Assembly: GCA_021372635.1 (NCBI GenBank)
Contig: JAJFUA010000443.1
Coordinates: forward strand, 86 to 64,085
From: Desulfobacteraceae bacterium
GTDB taxonomy: Bacteria; Desulfobacterota; Syntrophobacteria; Syntrophobacterales; Syntrophobacteraceae
Reading direction: 5' to 3'
Length of the DNA stretch: 64,000 nucleotides
The position numbers and the translations under genes are program-made. The stretch's first letter is position 1, and every line of letters begins with the position of its first letter. Below the pieces are notes generated by a model that saw only the letters and a program-made list of their open reading frames with translations, ran no database searches and was not told the origin of the DNA. Of the stretch, positions 53,397-63,452 are shown piece after piece.

Positions 53397-54602
53397 TCAT
53401 GCCTTTTGATACAACCGGTGCGGTTCGAGCCCGGAATGTCCGAAGGACGGGAGTGAAGGCGGGGCAGGGGTGTGCTGTTCCCCGTAAATGAAGACTCCGG
53501 GGAACAGGGATCCGCTGCAGAAGATTCCCGGCAGCGTCAAAAATTGCCGCTGCCCATAGCGATAGTAGAGTTCATCGTCCAGGGCGGGACCTGCGGAGAC
53601 CTTGTCCTTGAACAGCCTGTACACCCAGGCCTGGTAGATGATGACCACCGGAACGAACGTGAGCGCAACGCCGAGCATGATCTTGAGAGTCAGGGGGCTC
53701 GAAGCCGAGTTGTATATGGTGAGGCTGAATTCGGGACTCAGGCTGGATGGAAGCAGGTTCGGGTAGAGGCCCGCGACGCCGAAGAGGGTGACGCCCACGA
53801 TCAGGGCACTCGACGCGAACCAGGCCCTCCACCAGTGAGATTTCCCGATGTAGACGCGCATCATTACCAGGGAGGCCGCGACCACCAGGGGGATGAGAAC
53901 GATCGGGACGGTGAAGAAAAACGGGTTTTTTAGATAGTTGTCGTATAGATGCGTGGAATACCACGTGGCGGACAGGAACACGACGACCATAACCGCCAGG
54001 GCAACCCACAACTTCTGCGCCATCGACACCGCGCGCTCCTGCAAGGCGCCTTCGGACTTGACCGCAAGCCAGATGGAACCGTGAGTCGTAAACAGGAGGA
54101 CGAACAAGATCCCGCCCAGCAGCCCGTAGGGATTCAGCAGGGTGAAGAGAGATCCGTGGAAGATGCCCGACCCGTCTATGGGAATGCCCTGGAAGATGTT
54201 CGCGAAGGCTACCCCCAGCAGGAGGGCGGGTGCGAAGCTGCCGACGACGAGGCATTTGTCCCAGACGGCTTTCCACCGGGGATCTTCGACCTTGTCCCTG
54301 TATTCGAATGCAACCCCGCGCAGGATGAGAGAGAAAAGAATGAGCATCAGCGCGGAATACAGACTGCTGAACATTACCGCATAGGTGGTGGGAAAAGCGG
54401 CGAACGTCACGCCGCCGGCCGTGATCAGCCAGACCTCGTTGCCGTCCCAGAACGGGCGCATGGTGTCGTAGATCATGCGGCGTTCGCCGTCGTTCCTGGC
54501 AAAGACGGGCATGAGCGTTCCGAGACCGAGATCGAAGCCGTCGAGCATGAAGTAGACAGCCCAGAGGACTCCCCAAAGTATGAACCAGACGGATTCCAGC
54601 AT
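53397..54602 (-). CDS. cydB: Cytochrome bd ubiquinol oxidase subunit II
   Basis: It has the N-terminal WFILWGVLWAVYFMLDGFDLGLG, then WDGNEVWLI. The C-terminus runs about 50 aa past the usual end. Confidence 0.9.
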   Translation of the reverse strand: MLESVWFILWGVLWAVYFMLDGFDLGLGTLMPVFARNDGERRMIYDTMRPFWDGNEVWLITAGGVTFAAFPTTYAVMFSSLYSALMLILFSLILRGVAFEYRDKVEDPRWKAVWDKCLVVGSFAPALLLGVAFANIFQGIPIDGSGIFHGSLFTLLNPYGLLGGILFVLLFTTHGSIWLAVKSEGALQERAVSMAQKLWVALAVMVVVFLSATWYSTHLYDNYLKNPFFFTVPIVLIPLVVAASLVMMRVYIGKSHWWRAWFASSALIVGVTLFGVAGLYPNLLPSSLSPEFSLTIYNSASSPLTLKIMLGVALTFVPVVIIYQAWVYRLFKDKVSAGPALDDELYYRYGQRQFLTLPGIFCSGSLFPGVFIYGEQHTPAPPSLPSFGHSGLEPHRLYQKA

Positions 54603-54615
54603 ATTCGTTTCTCCT

Positions 54616-56007
54616 CTACTTTACAGGGTTTGCGGCGGTTTCGGGAATGGCGTCGCCGGAACCGGGAAGAGATCGCTCCGAGAGAGGCTCTTCAGGCGCA
54701 CTGGGCAACGGGGCGGGTCCCTTCCTGGCGGTGGTCGCAATGAGATAGAAGGCCGCTGCCCCGAGCAGCGAGTACACGATGACGAATGCGGCTAAGGACA
54801 CGGAAACCTGGACGAGGCTGATGGGAGATACGGCATCGGCAGTCTTCATCATGCCGTAGACAACCCACGGCTGGCGGCCGACTTCCGCGAGCGCCCAGCC
54901 AGCCTGTGCCGCCACGTAGGGCAGAGGAATGGCGTAGAGCATGATCTTCAGATACCGGGGGCATTCCAGGAGCCTGTCCCTCCGGTACCATCCATAAGCG
55001 GCTAGAACGAAGATGAGAACGCCCAGTCCCACCATGGTCCGGAAAGCGATGAAAGACAGGGTGACCGGCGGTCGTTCCTCTTTGGGAAAATCCTTCAGCC
55101 CCTTGACGGTGGATTCGAAATCATGGTTCGCCAGCATGCTCAGGGCACCCGGAATGGCTCCAAACTCCAAAAGATTGCGTTCGTTCTTCTCGTCGGGGAT
55201 CACGAGAAGATACTGGGGAGCGGATTGTTTCGTCTCCCAGAGGGATTCCATCGCGGCAAGCTTCGTCGGTTGTACCCGGGATACTTCCGAGGCGTGCATG
55301 TGTCCCTGCAGAATTTCGACCACGGAGAATATCAGGGCAAAGGAGACGGCCAGTCGGAAAGATTTCGTGAAAAAGGAGATGTTCTGATTTCTGAGCAGGT
55401 GATAGGCGCTGATTCCCATCACGAAAAAGGCAGCCAGGATGTACGCAGCGCTCACTGTATGAACGAATTCGTGAATGGCGAAAGGTTGCGTGGCGACGGC
55501 AAGGAAGTCCGTAAGTTCGGCGCGTCCGTTTCGAATCGTGTAGCCCACCGGGTGCTGCATCCATGCATTTGCGATGAGAATCCAGACCGCCGAGAGGTTG
55601 GAGGCGATGGCCACGAGCCAGATGGTTACCGCGTGCGCTTTAGGGGAAAGTCTTTTCCATCCGAGAGCCCAGACGGCGATGAACGTCGATTCCAGGAAAA
55701 ACGCGACCGAAGCCTCGATGGCCAGCAGGGCGCCGAAGATGTCTCCCACATACGTCGAGTAACGCGACCAGTTGGTGCCGAACTGAAATTCCAGGGTGAT
55801 TCCGGTCACAATTCCGATCCCGAAGTTGATGAGGAAAATCTTTCCCCAAAACCGGGCCATTCGCCTGTACTCTTCGTCCCCGATCCGGACGTAACGGGTT
55901 TCCATCAAAGCGACCAGGACCGACAACCCCAGGGTCAGGGGCACAAACAGGAAGTGGAAAAACGTCGCAGCGGCAAACTGCAGTCGTGAGAGCATCAAAA
56001 CGTCCAT
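54616..56007 (-). CDS. cydA: Cytochrome bd ubiquinol oxidase subunit I
   Basis: It begins MLSRLQFAAATFFHFLFVPLTLG, has a Q-loop region and a C-terminal GRQPWVVYG. Confidence 0.93.
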   Translation of the reverse strand: MDVLMLSRLQFAAATFFHFLFVPLTLGLSVLVALMETRYVRIGDEEYRRMARFWGKIFLINFGIGIVTGITLEFQFGTNWSRYSTYVGDIFGALLAIEASVAFFLESTFIAVWALGWKRLSPKAHAVTIWLVAIASNLSAVWILIANAWMQHPVGYTIRNGRAELTDFLAVATQPFAIHEFVHTVSAAYILAAFFVMGISAYHLLRNQNISFFTKSFRLAVSFALIFSVVEILQGHMHASEVSRVQPTKLAAMESLWETKQSAPQYLLVIPDEKNERNLLEFGAIPGALSMLANHDFESTVKGLKDFPKEERPPVTLSFIAFRTMVGLGVLIFVLAAYGWYRRDRLLECPRYLKIMLYAIPLPYVAAQAGWALAEVGRQPWVVYGMMKTADAVSPISLVQVSVSLAAFVIVYSLLGAAAFYLIATTARKGPAPLPSAPEEPLSERSLPGSGDAIPETAANPVK

Positions 56008-56419
56008 AATCTGATCTCCCTATTGGATGATTGGTTTTCATGGCCCGTGGCTGGATAATGTGCCCGCATTAAGAAAACGACTGTTTTAGCCCTGGTCAAG
56101 ATGAGCAAATGAGAATTCATCGCCCGTTCCGCTTTTATATGGCAGGATTCATTCCGGGGTGATTTTACAGAGAGCGGCCGCTAGGCTCTTGGAAATGCAA
56201 ATGATTATACTTTAGAGCACTCATTTCGGAGAATTTTCACGCCGGAATTTCGAGACAAATGTGAGACAGTGGACCCGGTCCGCACAAGCTCAGCGGGGAA
56301 ACACGCAGGCTTTGGGCTCAACGAGGGCTTCAGGCAGGAGTCACGATTTTCGGTTTTTCTGAAATGATCAATGCGACACATATGAATTCGAGATATGCCG
56401 CCACCTTTAGAAGGAACCG

Positions 56420-59284
56420 TCAGGGTGCAAGGATGAGCCCGGGAGGAAGGGATTCGCCGAAGATCCAGTCCTCCTCCTGCCGCAGAAGCTCCGTATCCGG
56501 GTTGGTGAGAATGTTTCTGTAACGCTCTGGATGGGGCAGCGTGCCCAGCCATTCAAAAAGGCGGTCCCTGTCGGCATGGGGAAGGTCTCTGACACGGTCC
56601 CCCGTATAGCGTGCCATCTGGACCAGGGCATGCCCCAACGGTTCCGAGGGGGGAATGTCCAGGTCCAGGAGAGCGTTGAGCCAGTGGGATGCCTCGTCGC
56701 TCGGAATCACCTGGTCCAGGGGGCCGTACAAGGTATGCCGCGAGGCAAAACGGCTCAAAGCCCAGAGTTCCTGTGCTTTCGGACGGCCCTTTAGGACCTT
56801 TTGCAGGAGCACGCGCCCCAGAGCGACTTTCGTTTCGGACGGCAGCCGCTCGAAATTGGCCAGGGCCATCCAGAGTTCCAGGTCCTCCTGGGGACTGAGC
56901 GGTTTGAAAGGGTTCCGGGATCCTTTTCTTTTTTTCTTGTCGTCTGCGGGCAGGATCGACGAGATCTGCTGAACGATATGTTTCTGGTGGCCTGCGGACA
57001 GTCCTCCGGCTATGCGTCTCCAGAAGATCCACCATTCCGATCTTCCCTGCACCTGCCTGGGAAACTGAAGACCGGCCGGGTAGAGTTTCCAGAGTTCCCT
57101 GATCCGCCATTCGTCCAGCGGGTCCCCGAAACCGGGCCGCAGGCAGAAGCCGAGCAGGTTGAACCACCTGGACTCATGCTGTGGCGACACCAGCCGTCCC
57201 TGCCTGCACTCGATGAGGGTGTCCGAAAGGTTCCTGACGAGGGGTGTGGACCACTTTTCCTTCGGCAGATCGAGCAGCGCCGCAAGGTCTTTGACGAGCC
57301 CTTCCGGGGGACCGGAGGCGGCACCCCTGGTGAAGACGCCGGAGATTTTCTCCCGGGCCTGATCGATGGTTGCCGTATCCAGGGTTTCGTCTATGTGCGC
57401 AGCGGTTGGGGATTCGGGTTCCTGGCGCACATCGAACTGCAGTTTCCAGGCATGGGCACTCGACTGGGAGCGGCACCAGAGTTCCAGGGTACCGATTTCG
57501 GTCAACCGGACAGCGAGGTTGACGGGGAGTGCCTGGGCAGAGCCCTTTTTCCCGTACCTCAGGGCGGTCCTGATCGGGGGCAGGGAAGTGATTTCCTCTT
57601 CAGACAAGGTTACCACATCGCCCAGACGGTCGCCCAGGCGGGTGCTCGACGTGAACAGATGAAAACCTACCGGCCGATTGGTGAGCACTTCGAAGGACGG
57701 CTGTTCCAGGCGTGTTTCGAATCCCTCCTCCGTTCCCCGCGGGACGAGGCACACCGCGTGATGCGTGCCGTCCTCCGCGCCCGACGCCGCCTCGACGTAG
57801 TAGGCCCGGGGACTTCCCGCACCGACCCTGACCCCTTCGCCCAGGCGCACGCGCCCGTAGTAGGCCGCTCCCACGGCAACGGCGAGTTCCGGGTTCGGAT
57901 TGTCCAGTTCATCGGGAGCCCATTCGCTGCCCGCTTCCCTCAAAAACCAGGATTGAACCACGTCCATGATACGGCTGCGAATTTTGGAAGGCGTCAGGGC
58001 GCCCCCGTTGAAAAGGATGTAATCGGGAAACAGAGCGCTCCGGCCGGTCTCGGCATGCAGCAGCGTCTGAAACCTTCTCCAGAAGGCCGCCAGGTGCCGT
58101 GTGATGGCGGGGTCCTGGACAAACGGGAGGCCGAATTCGGTCAGTCCCGTGCGGCGCACCCCCTGCGGGGCGTCCTCGAGGGAGACGAACGGAAAAAAAC
58201 CGTTCAGGATCATCTCCTCCGCCTGCTCGCGAGTGATGGCAGCCTTCCGGGTATCTCCGATCAGCTTTCTGCCCGAGCCCATGATGGTAACGTCGAAAGA
58301 GGATCTGGCGGAGCCGCCCGGAGACTCGCCGCCGTCCTCCATGAGCGTTTCCTTGGCCTTGCGGCACTGGTGCCAGAGTTGATGCCATTTCTGGGATTCC
58401 AGCTTTCCCACCTGTCCGTAGAGACGCATTTCTATGGAGCGGGCCAGGGCGAGGTCCATGTTGTCGCCGCCCAGCATCAGGTGTTCCCCGACGGCGAGAC
58501 GGTCGAACCGCAGGCCCTTTTCTCCTTCACGAATGGCGATGATGGTGAAGTCCGTCGTGCCGCCGCCCACGTCGCAGACGAGGATGATCTGCCCGGGGCG
58601 CATTTGCGACTGCCATTCGGATTCGTGTCTTGACAGCCAGGCGTAAAAAGCCGCAAGAGGTTCTTCCAGAAGAACGATTTTGGGCAGGCCCGCTTCGCGG
58701 GCGGCCGTGACGGTGAGTTCCCGCGCAACTTCGTCGAAGGATGCGGGGACGGTAAGCACAACGAACTGTTCTTCCAGCAGGAGACCTTCCTGCCGGTGGG
58801 CGATCGTCTCGTTCCAGGACTCGCGCATGTGCTGCAGGTAGCGGGCGCTGGCCGCGACGGGAGAAATCTTATGGACGTTCGCGCCGCCTCCCCACGGGAG
58901 AATGGCGCCGGTTCGGTCGACACCCCCATGCGACAGCCATGATTTTGCAGACGAGACGAGGCGGCCGGGCACGAGGGCTCCCTGTTCGCGTGCCAACTCT
59001 CCGACCACGTAATCACGGGCCGTATCCCAGGGCAGAGCCGTGCTTCCCGGGGCAAGTTCGTAAGGTCCAGGCAGGTAGAGAAAAGAAGGGAGAACGGCCC
59101 GCTTCCCGATTTCACCGGGAGAAGTAAGCTGAAGGATGTTGAAAAAGCGTGGGGCGTTCCCTCCGGCTCCCTCCTCGGAACGGTCTACAAAGGCCAGGGC
59201 GGAATTGGTGGTGCCGAGATCGATCCCGACGACGAAGCGATGGGAGGTCTCATCCGCCGGAAATGCGGGGGGCGTAATGCTCAC
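56420..59284 (-). CDS. Atypical Hsp70-family ATPase with a helical C-terminal extension of about 330 aa (954 aa)
   Basis: It has the actin/Hsp70 motifs VGIDLGTTNS, VPASFD, LLEEPLAAFYAW, VCDVGGGTTDF and LGGDNMDLALA. The GTG start 59284 has AAGGAA 5 nt upstream and lies 12 nt after the previous stop. Confidence 0.85.
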   Translation of the reverse strand: MSITPPAFPADETSHRFVVGIDLGTTNSALAFVDRSEEGAGGNAPRFFNILQLTSPGEIGKRAVLPSFLYLPGPYELAPGSTALPWDTARDYVVGELAREQGALVPGRLVSSAKSWLSHGGVDRTGAILPWGGGANVHKISPVAASARYLQHMRESWNETIAHRQEGLLLEEQFVVLTVPASFDEVARELTVTAAREAGLPKIVLLEEPLAAFYAWLSRHESEWQSQMRPGQIILVCDVGGGTTDFTIIAIREGEKGLRFDRLAVGEHLMLGGDNMDLALARSIEMRLYGQVGKLESQKWHQLWHQCRKAKETLMEDGGESPGGSARSSFDVTIMGSGRKLIGDTRKAAITREQAEEMILNGFFPFVSLEDAPQGVRRTGLTEFGLPFVQDPAITRHLAAFWRRFQTLLHAETGRSALFPDYILFNGGALTPSKIRSRIMDVVQSWFLREAGSEWAPDELDNPNPELAVAVGAAYYGRVRLGEGVRVGAGSPRAYYVEAASGAEDGTHHAVCLVPRGTEEGFETRLEQPSFEVLTNRPVGFHLFTSSTRLGDRLGDVVTLSEEEITSLPPIRTALRYGKKGSAQALPVNLAVRLTEIGTLELWCRSQSSAHAWKLQFDVRQEPESPTAAHIDETLDTATIDQAREKISGVFTRGAASGPPEGLVKDLAALLDLPKEKWSTPLVRNLSDTLIECRQGRLVSPQHESRWFNLLGFCLRPGFGDPLDEWRIRELWKLYPAGLQFPRQVQGRSEWWIFWRRIAGGLSAGHQKHIVQQISSILPADDKKKRKGSRNPFKPLSPQEDLELWMALANFERLPSETKVALGRVLLQKVLKGRPKAQELWALSRFASRHTLYGPLDQVIPSDEASHWLNALLDLDIPPSEPLGHALVQMARYTGDRVRDLPHADRDRLFEWLGTLPHPERYRNILTNPDTELLRQEEDWIFGESLPPGLILAP

Positions 59285-59296
59285 GGATATTCCTTG

Positions 59297-61117
59297 CTAG
59301 TCTTCCTGGCGTTCTCTCAGGTTGAATTCGAGTTTCCAGCGCCTGTCCCCGTCGCGGGCCACGCACCACAGTTCGAGGGTGCCGATTTCAGTGAATCTGC
59401 TCTGGAGCCATATGGGTACGATCGTTCCCCCCTCTTCACCTTCGATCGAGAGGAGTTCGGTATCCATGGCCGCCACGGGGTCGATCTCCCCATGCCAGTC
59501 CTCCACGATCTCTCCCGACCGGTCCTGGCGGCGCGTGCTCGAGGCGAGGAGTTGGAAAACGGCCGGTTCTCCGACGACAAGCCCGAAGTCACGCTCCCTG
59601 ATTTCAGCCCCGGTCCCTTCTTCCATGCCGAAGGGGACCACGCAGAGCGCCTTGATGGGTGTCGGAATCCCGGGCACCACGGGAAGGGAGCTTTCAACAC
59701 CGATATAGTAGGAACGTGCCGCGCCTCCCCGGATGCGGATGCCCCGTCCTGTTCTCGCCAGCCCGTAATAGGCGGCCCCGCGGGCGACGGCGAGATCGAG
59801 GTTTGCCGAGGCGAGTTCCCGGGGAGTCCCGGTCGTCTGCCACCGGCCGAGAACCTCGAGGACCCGGCTGCGGATGGGGTCCGCCTTCATGACCCCGCCG
59901 TTGAACAATACGGCGGAAGGCTGGACGGAGCCGGCATCGCTCTGGAATGCGACCGATTCGCTCTGTCGGCCCAGAAAGCGCGCCAGGTGCCGTGTCACCG
60001 CGGGGTCCCGCTCGTAGGGAAGACCCATTTCACGCATGCCGACCCTCGGACGGTCCTCCGGGTAGTCGGTGCGGGCGACGCTCGGGAAAAATCCGTCCAG
60101 CAGGGTGCTTTCCAGCTCTGTCCGGGTCAGTTCCGTTCGGACGGTTCCGCCGATGAGCGACGAACTGCGCCCGAGAACGACCACAGGCTCCGCTTCGATG
60201 CTACTGTCGGCAAGGAGCCGTTCCTTGGCGACACGGCAGTTCTGCCAGAGGCCGCGAAACTGCCAGGCATCCAGCCTGGTCCCCCTGGAGGCCAGTTTTG
60301 CCTGGAGGAGATAGGCGAGGGCCAGGTCCATGTTGTCACCGCCGAGGAGCACGTGATCGCCGACCGCAATGCGTCTGAGGGTCAGTTCTCCGTCTTCATC
60401 GGTTACCTGGATGAGGCTGAAATCCGTTGTGCCTCCACCGACGTCGCAGACAAGGATCGACTCCCCGACGCGCACCTCTTTCCGCCAGGCGTCTCCCATG
60501 AACTCGATCCAGGCATAAAAGGCGGCCTGCGGTTCTTCAAGAAGGGTAACGTTTTCGAATCCGGCAGACCGGGCGGCCTTGACGGTGAGTTCCCTTGCCA
60601 CCGCATCGAAAGAAGCCGGGACCGTCAGGTAAATGTCCTGAATTTCCAATACGGCGTCGGGGTCCCCGTCCGCCATGGCATGGTTCCAGCCGTCCCGCAG
60701 GTGCTGCAGGAAAAGGGCGGAGGCTTCCACGGGGGAGATTTTGCGCGAATCGGGAGGACTGTCCCAGGGAAGCACGGGTGCGGTCCTGTCGATCCCGGTG
60801 TGACTGAGCCACGACTTGGCTGAGGATACGAGGCGATTCGGCAGTTCCGCTCCTCGCCTCCGGGCAAACTCGCCGACGGCAAAATCCGCCTCCGGCTTCC
60901 AGGGAAGAGCGATGCTTCCCTGAGGAACGTCGTGCGGACCGGGCAGGAAGATAAAAGACGGCAGAAGAGCTCCGGCGCTCACTTCGCCGGGACCAACCAC
61001 CTGCGGCACCGGGAAGATCCGGATGCTCCGCTCGGTTCCCTCCTGCGGAACCGACTCCGTATAGGCCAGGGCGCAGTGTGTCGTTCCGAGGTCGATGCCT
61101 ATGATGTATTTGGGCAT
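59297..61117 (-). CDS. Atypical Hsp70-family ATPase (606 aa), paralogous to the downstream gene
   Basis: It has IGIDLGTTHC, VSSAKSWLSH, VPASFD, LLEEPQAAFYAW, VCDVGGGTTDF and LGGDNMDLALA. It shares the C-terminal block TEIGTLELWC...W.L.F with the 954-aa protein. ATG 61117 is preceded by GGAGAAGGAA. Confidence 0.88.
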   Translation of the reverse strand: MPKYIIGIDLGTTHCALAYTESVPQEGTERSIRIFPVPQVVGPGEVSAGALLPSFIFLPGPHDVPQGSIALPWKPEADFAVGEFARRRGAELPNRLVSSAKSWLSHTGIDRTAPVLPWDSPPDSRKISPVEASALFLQHLRDGWNHAMADGDPDAVLEIQDIYLTVPASFDAVARELTVKAARSAGFENVTLLEEPQAAFYAWIEFMGDAWRKEVRVGESILVCDVGGGTTDFSLIQVTDEDGELTLRRIAVGDHVLLGGDNMDLALAYLLQAKLASRGTRLDAWQFRGLWQNCRVAKERLLADSSIEAEPVVVLGRSSSLIGGTVRTELTRTELESTLLDGFFPSVARTDYPEDRPRVGMREMGLPYERDPAVTRHLARFLGRQSESVAFQSDAGSVQPSAVLFNGGVMKADPIRSRVLEVLGRWQTTGTPRELASANLDLAVARGAAYYGLARTGRGIRIRGGAARSYYIGVESSLPVVPGIPTPIKALCVVPFGMEEGTGAEIRERDFGLVVGEPAVFQLLASSTRRQDRSGEIVEDWHGEIDPVAAMDTELLSIEGEEGGTIVPIWLQSRFTEIGTLELWCVARDGDRRWKLEFNLRERQED

Positions 61118-61164
61118 GCTCAAGTTCCTTCTCCCGTATTCAGGATGGCCGGCATTGCGATGGA

Positions 61165-61968
61165 TCAGGGCTGTTCGCCGATTTCCACTTCAGCGGGAGC
61201 CAGTATCCAGTCTTTTTTCTGCTGTTGCAGAGGTTGCGGCAGATTGACGCTGGCCACCCGCCATCCCCGATGACGCAGGATGCCTTTGAAAGGGGGATCG
61301 CCCGAGACGTCTCCCGTAAGCCGGATAGCCCGCGAGTCGAAGCCCGGCGGGATGGAGACCTCGAAGCCTTCCTGCTGCTCGAAAACCGGCTTCAGTTCGA
61401 CATGCTCCGCCAGGACCGTGTTGCAGCCCTGGTGCACGCTCCTCACGGCGGCGCCTATCTGCGCGTCTTCATAGTTGGAAAGATCTTCCTGAAGAAAATC
61501 GATCAACCGCCCGTCGCGCTGCAATAGCGCCAGCATCTGGACGGCCGGCTGCGGGGACAATTCCTGGACCTCCTGCCTGGCAGGGGCCTGGGGCTTTCTC
61601 TCCTCTTTTTGTGCCGGCCGGGCGGCTGCGCGTCCTATGGAGGACTGTTCGGCCTGCGCCCTGTCGATGGCGCGCCGGCCCTGGAAGGCCAGGCTGATCC
61701 ACAGGAACAGAGTGACGAGGGCGGCTATGCCGAAAACAGCCGACGGCAGGTACCCTTTGGCCTGGGACAGAAAAACGTGCAGGTTGAGCAACGCGGCCTG
61801 CACTTCTTCCGGAAAGGTCCCCGGTCCGCTCTTCAGAAGCGGGGCGACCCACTGGTTGACGGCACTGAAGGTCCGATCGGCCATAAAGAAAAAAGCGCCC
61901 GCCAGGACCGCATTCCAGAAAAAACATGTAAACAAGGACTGAAGGGTCCAGGTCTTTTTCAATTGCAT
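61165..61968 (-). CDS. Membrane-anchored DUF2760-like protein
   Basis: It has two N-terminal TM helices and a charged linker. The C-terminal LLQRDGRLIDFLQEDLSNYEDAQIGAAVRSVH matches DUF2760 as I recall it. ATG 61968 (MQLKK) has AAGGAG 6 nt upstream, and the longer ORF start would lie inside the predicted promoter. Confidence 0.75.
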   Translation of the reverse strand: MQLKKTWTLQSLFTCFFWNAVLAGAFFFMADRTFSAVNQWVAPLLKSGPGTFPEEVQAALLNLHVFLSQAKGYLPSAVFGIAALVTLFLWISLAFQGRRAIDRAQAEQSSIGRAAARPAQKEERKPQAPARQEVQELSPQPAVQMLALLQRDGRLIDFLQEDLSNYEDAQIGAAVRSVHQGCNTVLAEHVELKPVFEQQEGFEVSIPPGFDSRAIRLTGDVSGDPPFKGILRHRGWRVASVNLPQPLQQQKKDWILAPAEVEIGEQP

Positions 61969-62017
61969 GGTTTGCTCCTTTGCAGACTGCGTTGCGGCAT
62001 CTGTGGCGACTTTACTC

Positions 62018-62046
62018 ATAATGACCACGATTCCGTCGTGTTACAA
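62018..62046 (-). promoter_or_regulatory. Sigma70-like promoter candidate for the DUF2760-Hsp70-Hsp70 operon
   Basis: The minus strand reads TTGTAA, a 17-nt spacer, then CATTAT, about 50 nt upstream of ATG 61968. Confidence 0.3.
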
Positions 62047-62458
62047 GCCTAAAGCGACACAATACCATTCGGCAGGATAACGTCGAAGACAAGATCCGTG
62101 AACCCGTTCGAGAACCGCGGCATCGGACCGCAAGCGGGATATACGCATCGGAGAACGATCTCGCTCCCTCACGGATCGTCCTTCGGGATTCGGCGTACAC
62201 CGTACAGCATGGCTTTCTGCAACAATTCATGCGGGATGGCAAGGGCTAATTTGGGAAGACGCCCGCTGCAACACCCTGCCGGCGGCAGCGCACAGGACGG
62301 GAAATGCGGGCAACGGGCCATCGGACGCTCTCCCGAGGCAAAGGAAGCGGCGCTCCGGCAGATTGGTTCGTCTCCGGGAGAAAATCAGAAGCCCGCCTTG
62401 GACGTTTCAGGGACAGGGTTTCTTCATGGCGCAGTTTCCTGACCGAGTCGGCATTCCG

Positions 62459-63424
62459 TCACCGTTCGGTGCCTTTCACCCGGCGCATCAAATCCTCTGC
62501 GACCTCGATCGTTTTCGCTTCGAGCGATCGTCCGATATTGCCCCTTCGGGCGAGGAGCGCCAGTTTCTCCCTGTCGATGACCTGAGGGGGTTCGCCCGCA
62601 CGGCGCACGACGTCGATTTCCAGGTCGAGATACCTTGCCCCGAAGGGATAGAGTTCCACCGGAGTATTCACATTGTAGTATTCTCCGATGAGCTTTCCCC
62701 CCTTGCTGAAATACGAATGCTTTATGTACCAGAGGCCTTCCTGGACTTCCGTGATGCAGTAGTCGCCCTGCTGGATCGGAAGATCCAGCCCGTCGTAGCG
62801 CCCGTGATAAAAGGCTCGTTTGAAGGCGATCCGCGAATCGTCCATCGCCACGAGAATCCCTTCCCTGGGTCGCATCGCCTTTCCGGAAGGTCTCATGTGT
62901 TCCAGCTTCACCGTTCCCTGCTTTTCCAGTGGATGAAGAATCGTCCCGGCAAAAAGCTGCCTTTCGATGTCCAACTTCTTATCCGGGTGATTTTTCAAGT
63001 AGATTTCCGCATTCTCCAGGGCCTTGCTGTCGATGATGCGCAACCGGTGGTGGGCCGACACCGTAGGCATTACGGAGAGGCGGAGTTCATCGAGCACGCG
63101 TTTCGATTCTCCGGGAAATTCGACCAGCGCCGTTACGAGCGCATCGTTCGATTCAGCGGCATCCGATTCCACAAGAGTCGCATCGAGAAGCCTCTCCTGG
63201 ATGAACGTGAGAAACTGGCAGACCTTTTCCGGCGGGCCGAGCAGTTCGATTCCCTGCAGATCCTGGCGGTCCTGGACCAAAATTTCGAATGATTCGTCAA
63301 CCGGTTCCATGGAAAAACGCTCGCGGATGCGGGCTGAGGGCTCCACGACGGTGTATCCCGCGTCCAGCACCAATTTTGTGAGGGCCGTGCTGTAAATGCT
63401 GCGTATCTTTATGCGCGTACTCAT
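62459..63424 (-). CDS. FAU-1-like protein (RNase E/G-like N-terminus + DUF402 domain)
   Basis: The N-terminal IKIRSIYSTALTKLVLDAGYTVVEPS resembles archaeal FAU-1 N-termini. The C-terminal half (GEYYNVNTPVE....YLDLEIDV) looks like DUF402. GGGAGA precedes ATG 63424, which lies 28 nt after the rtcA stop. Confidence 0.65.
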   Translation of the reverse strand: MSTRIKIRSIYSTALTKLVLDAGYTVVEPSARIRERFSMEPVDESFEILVQDRQDLQGIELLGPPEKVCQFLTFIQERLLDATLVESDAAESNDALVTALVEFPGESKRVLDELRLSVMPTVSAHHRLRIIDSKALENAEIYLKNHPDKKLDIERQLFAGTILHPLEKQGTVKLEHMRPSGKAMRPREGILVAMDDSRIAFKRAFYHGRYDGLDLPIQQGDYCITEVQEGLWYIKHSYFSKGGKLIGEYYNVNTPVELYPFGARYLDLEIDVVRRAGEPPQVIDREKLALLARRGNIGRSLEAKTIEVAEDLMRRVKGTER

Positions 63425-63452
63425 GGCTCAAGTCTCCCGTAAGGAAGGGTAC

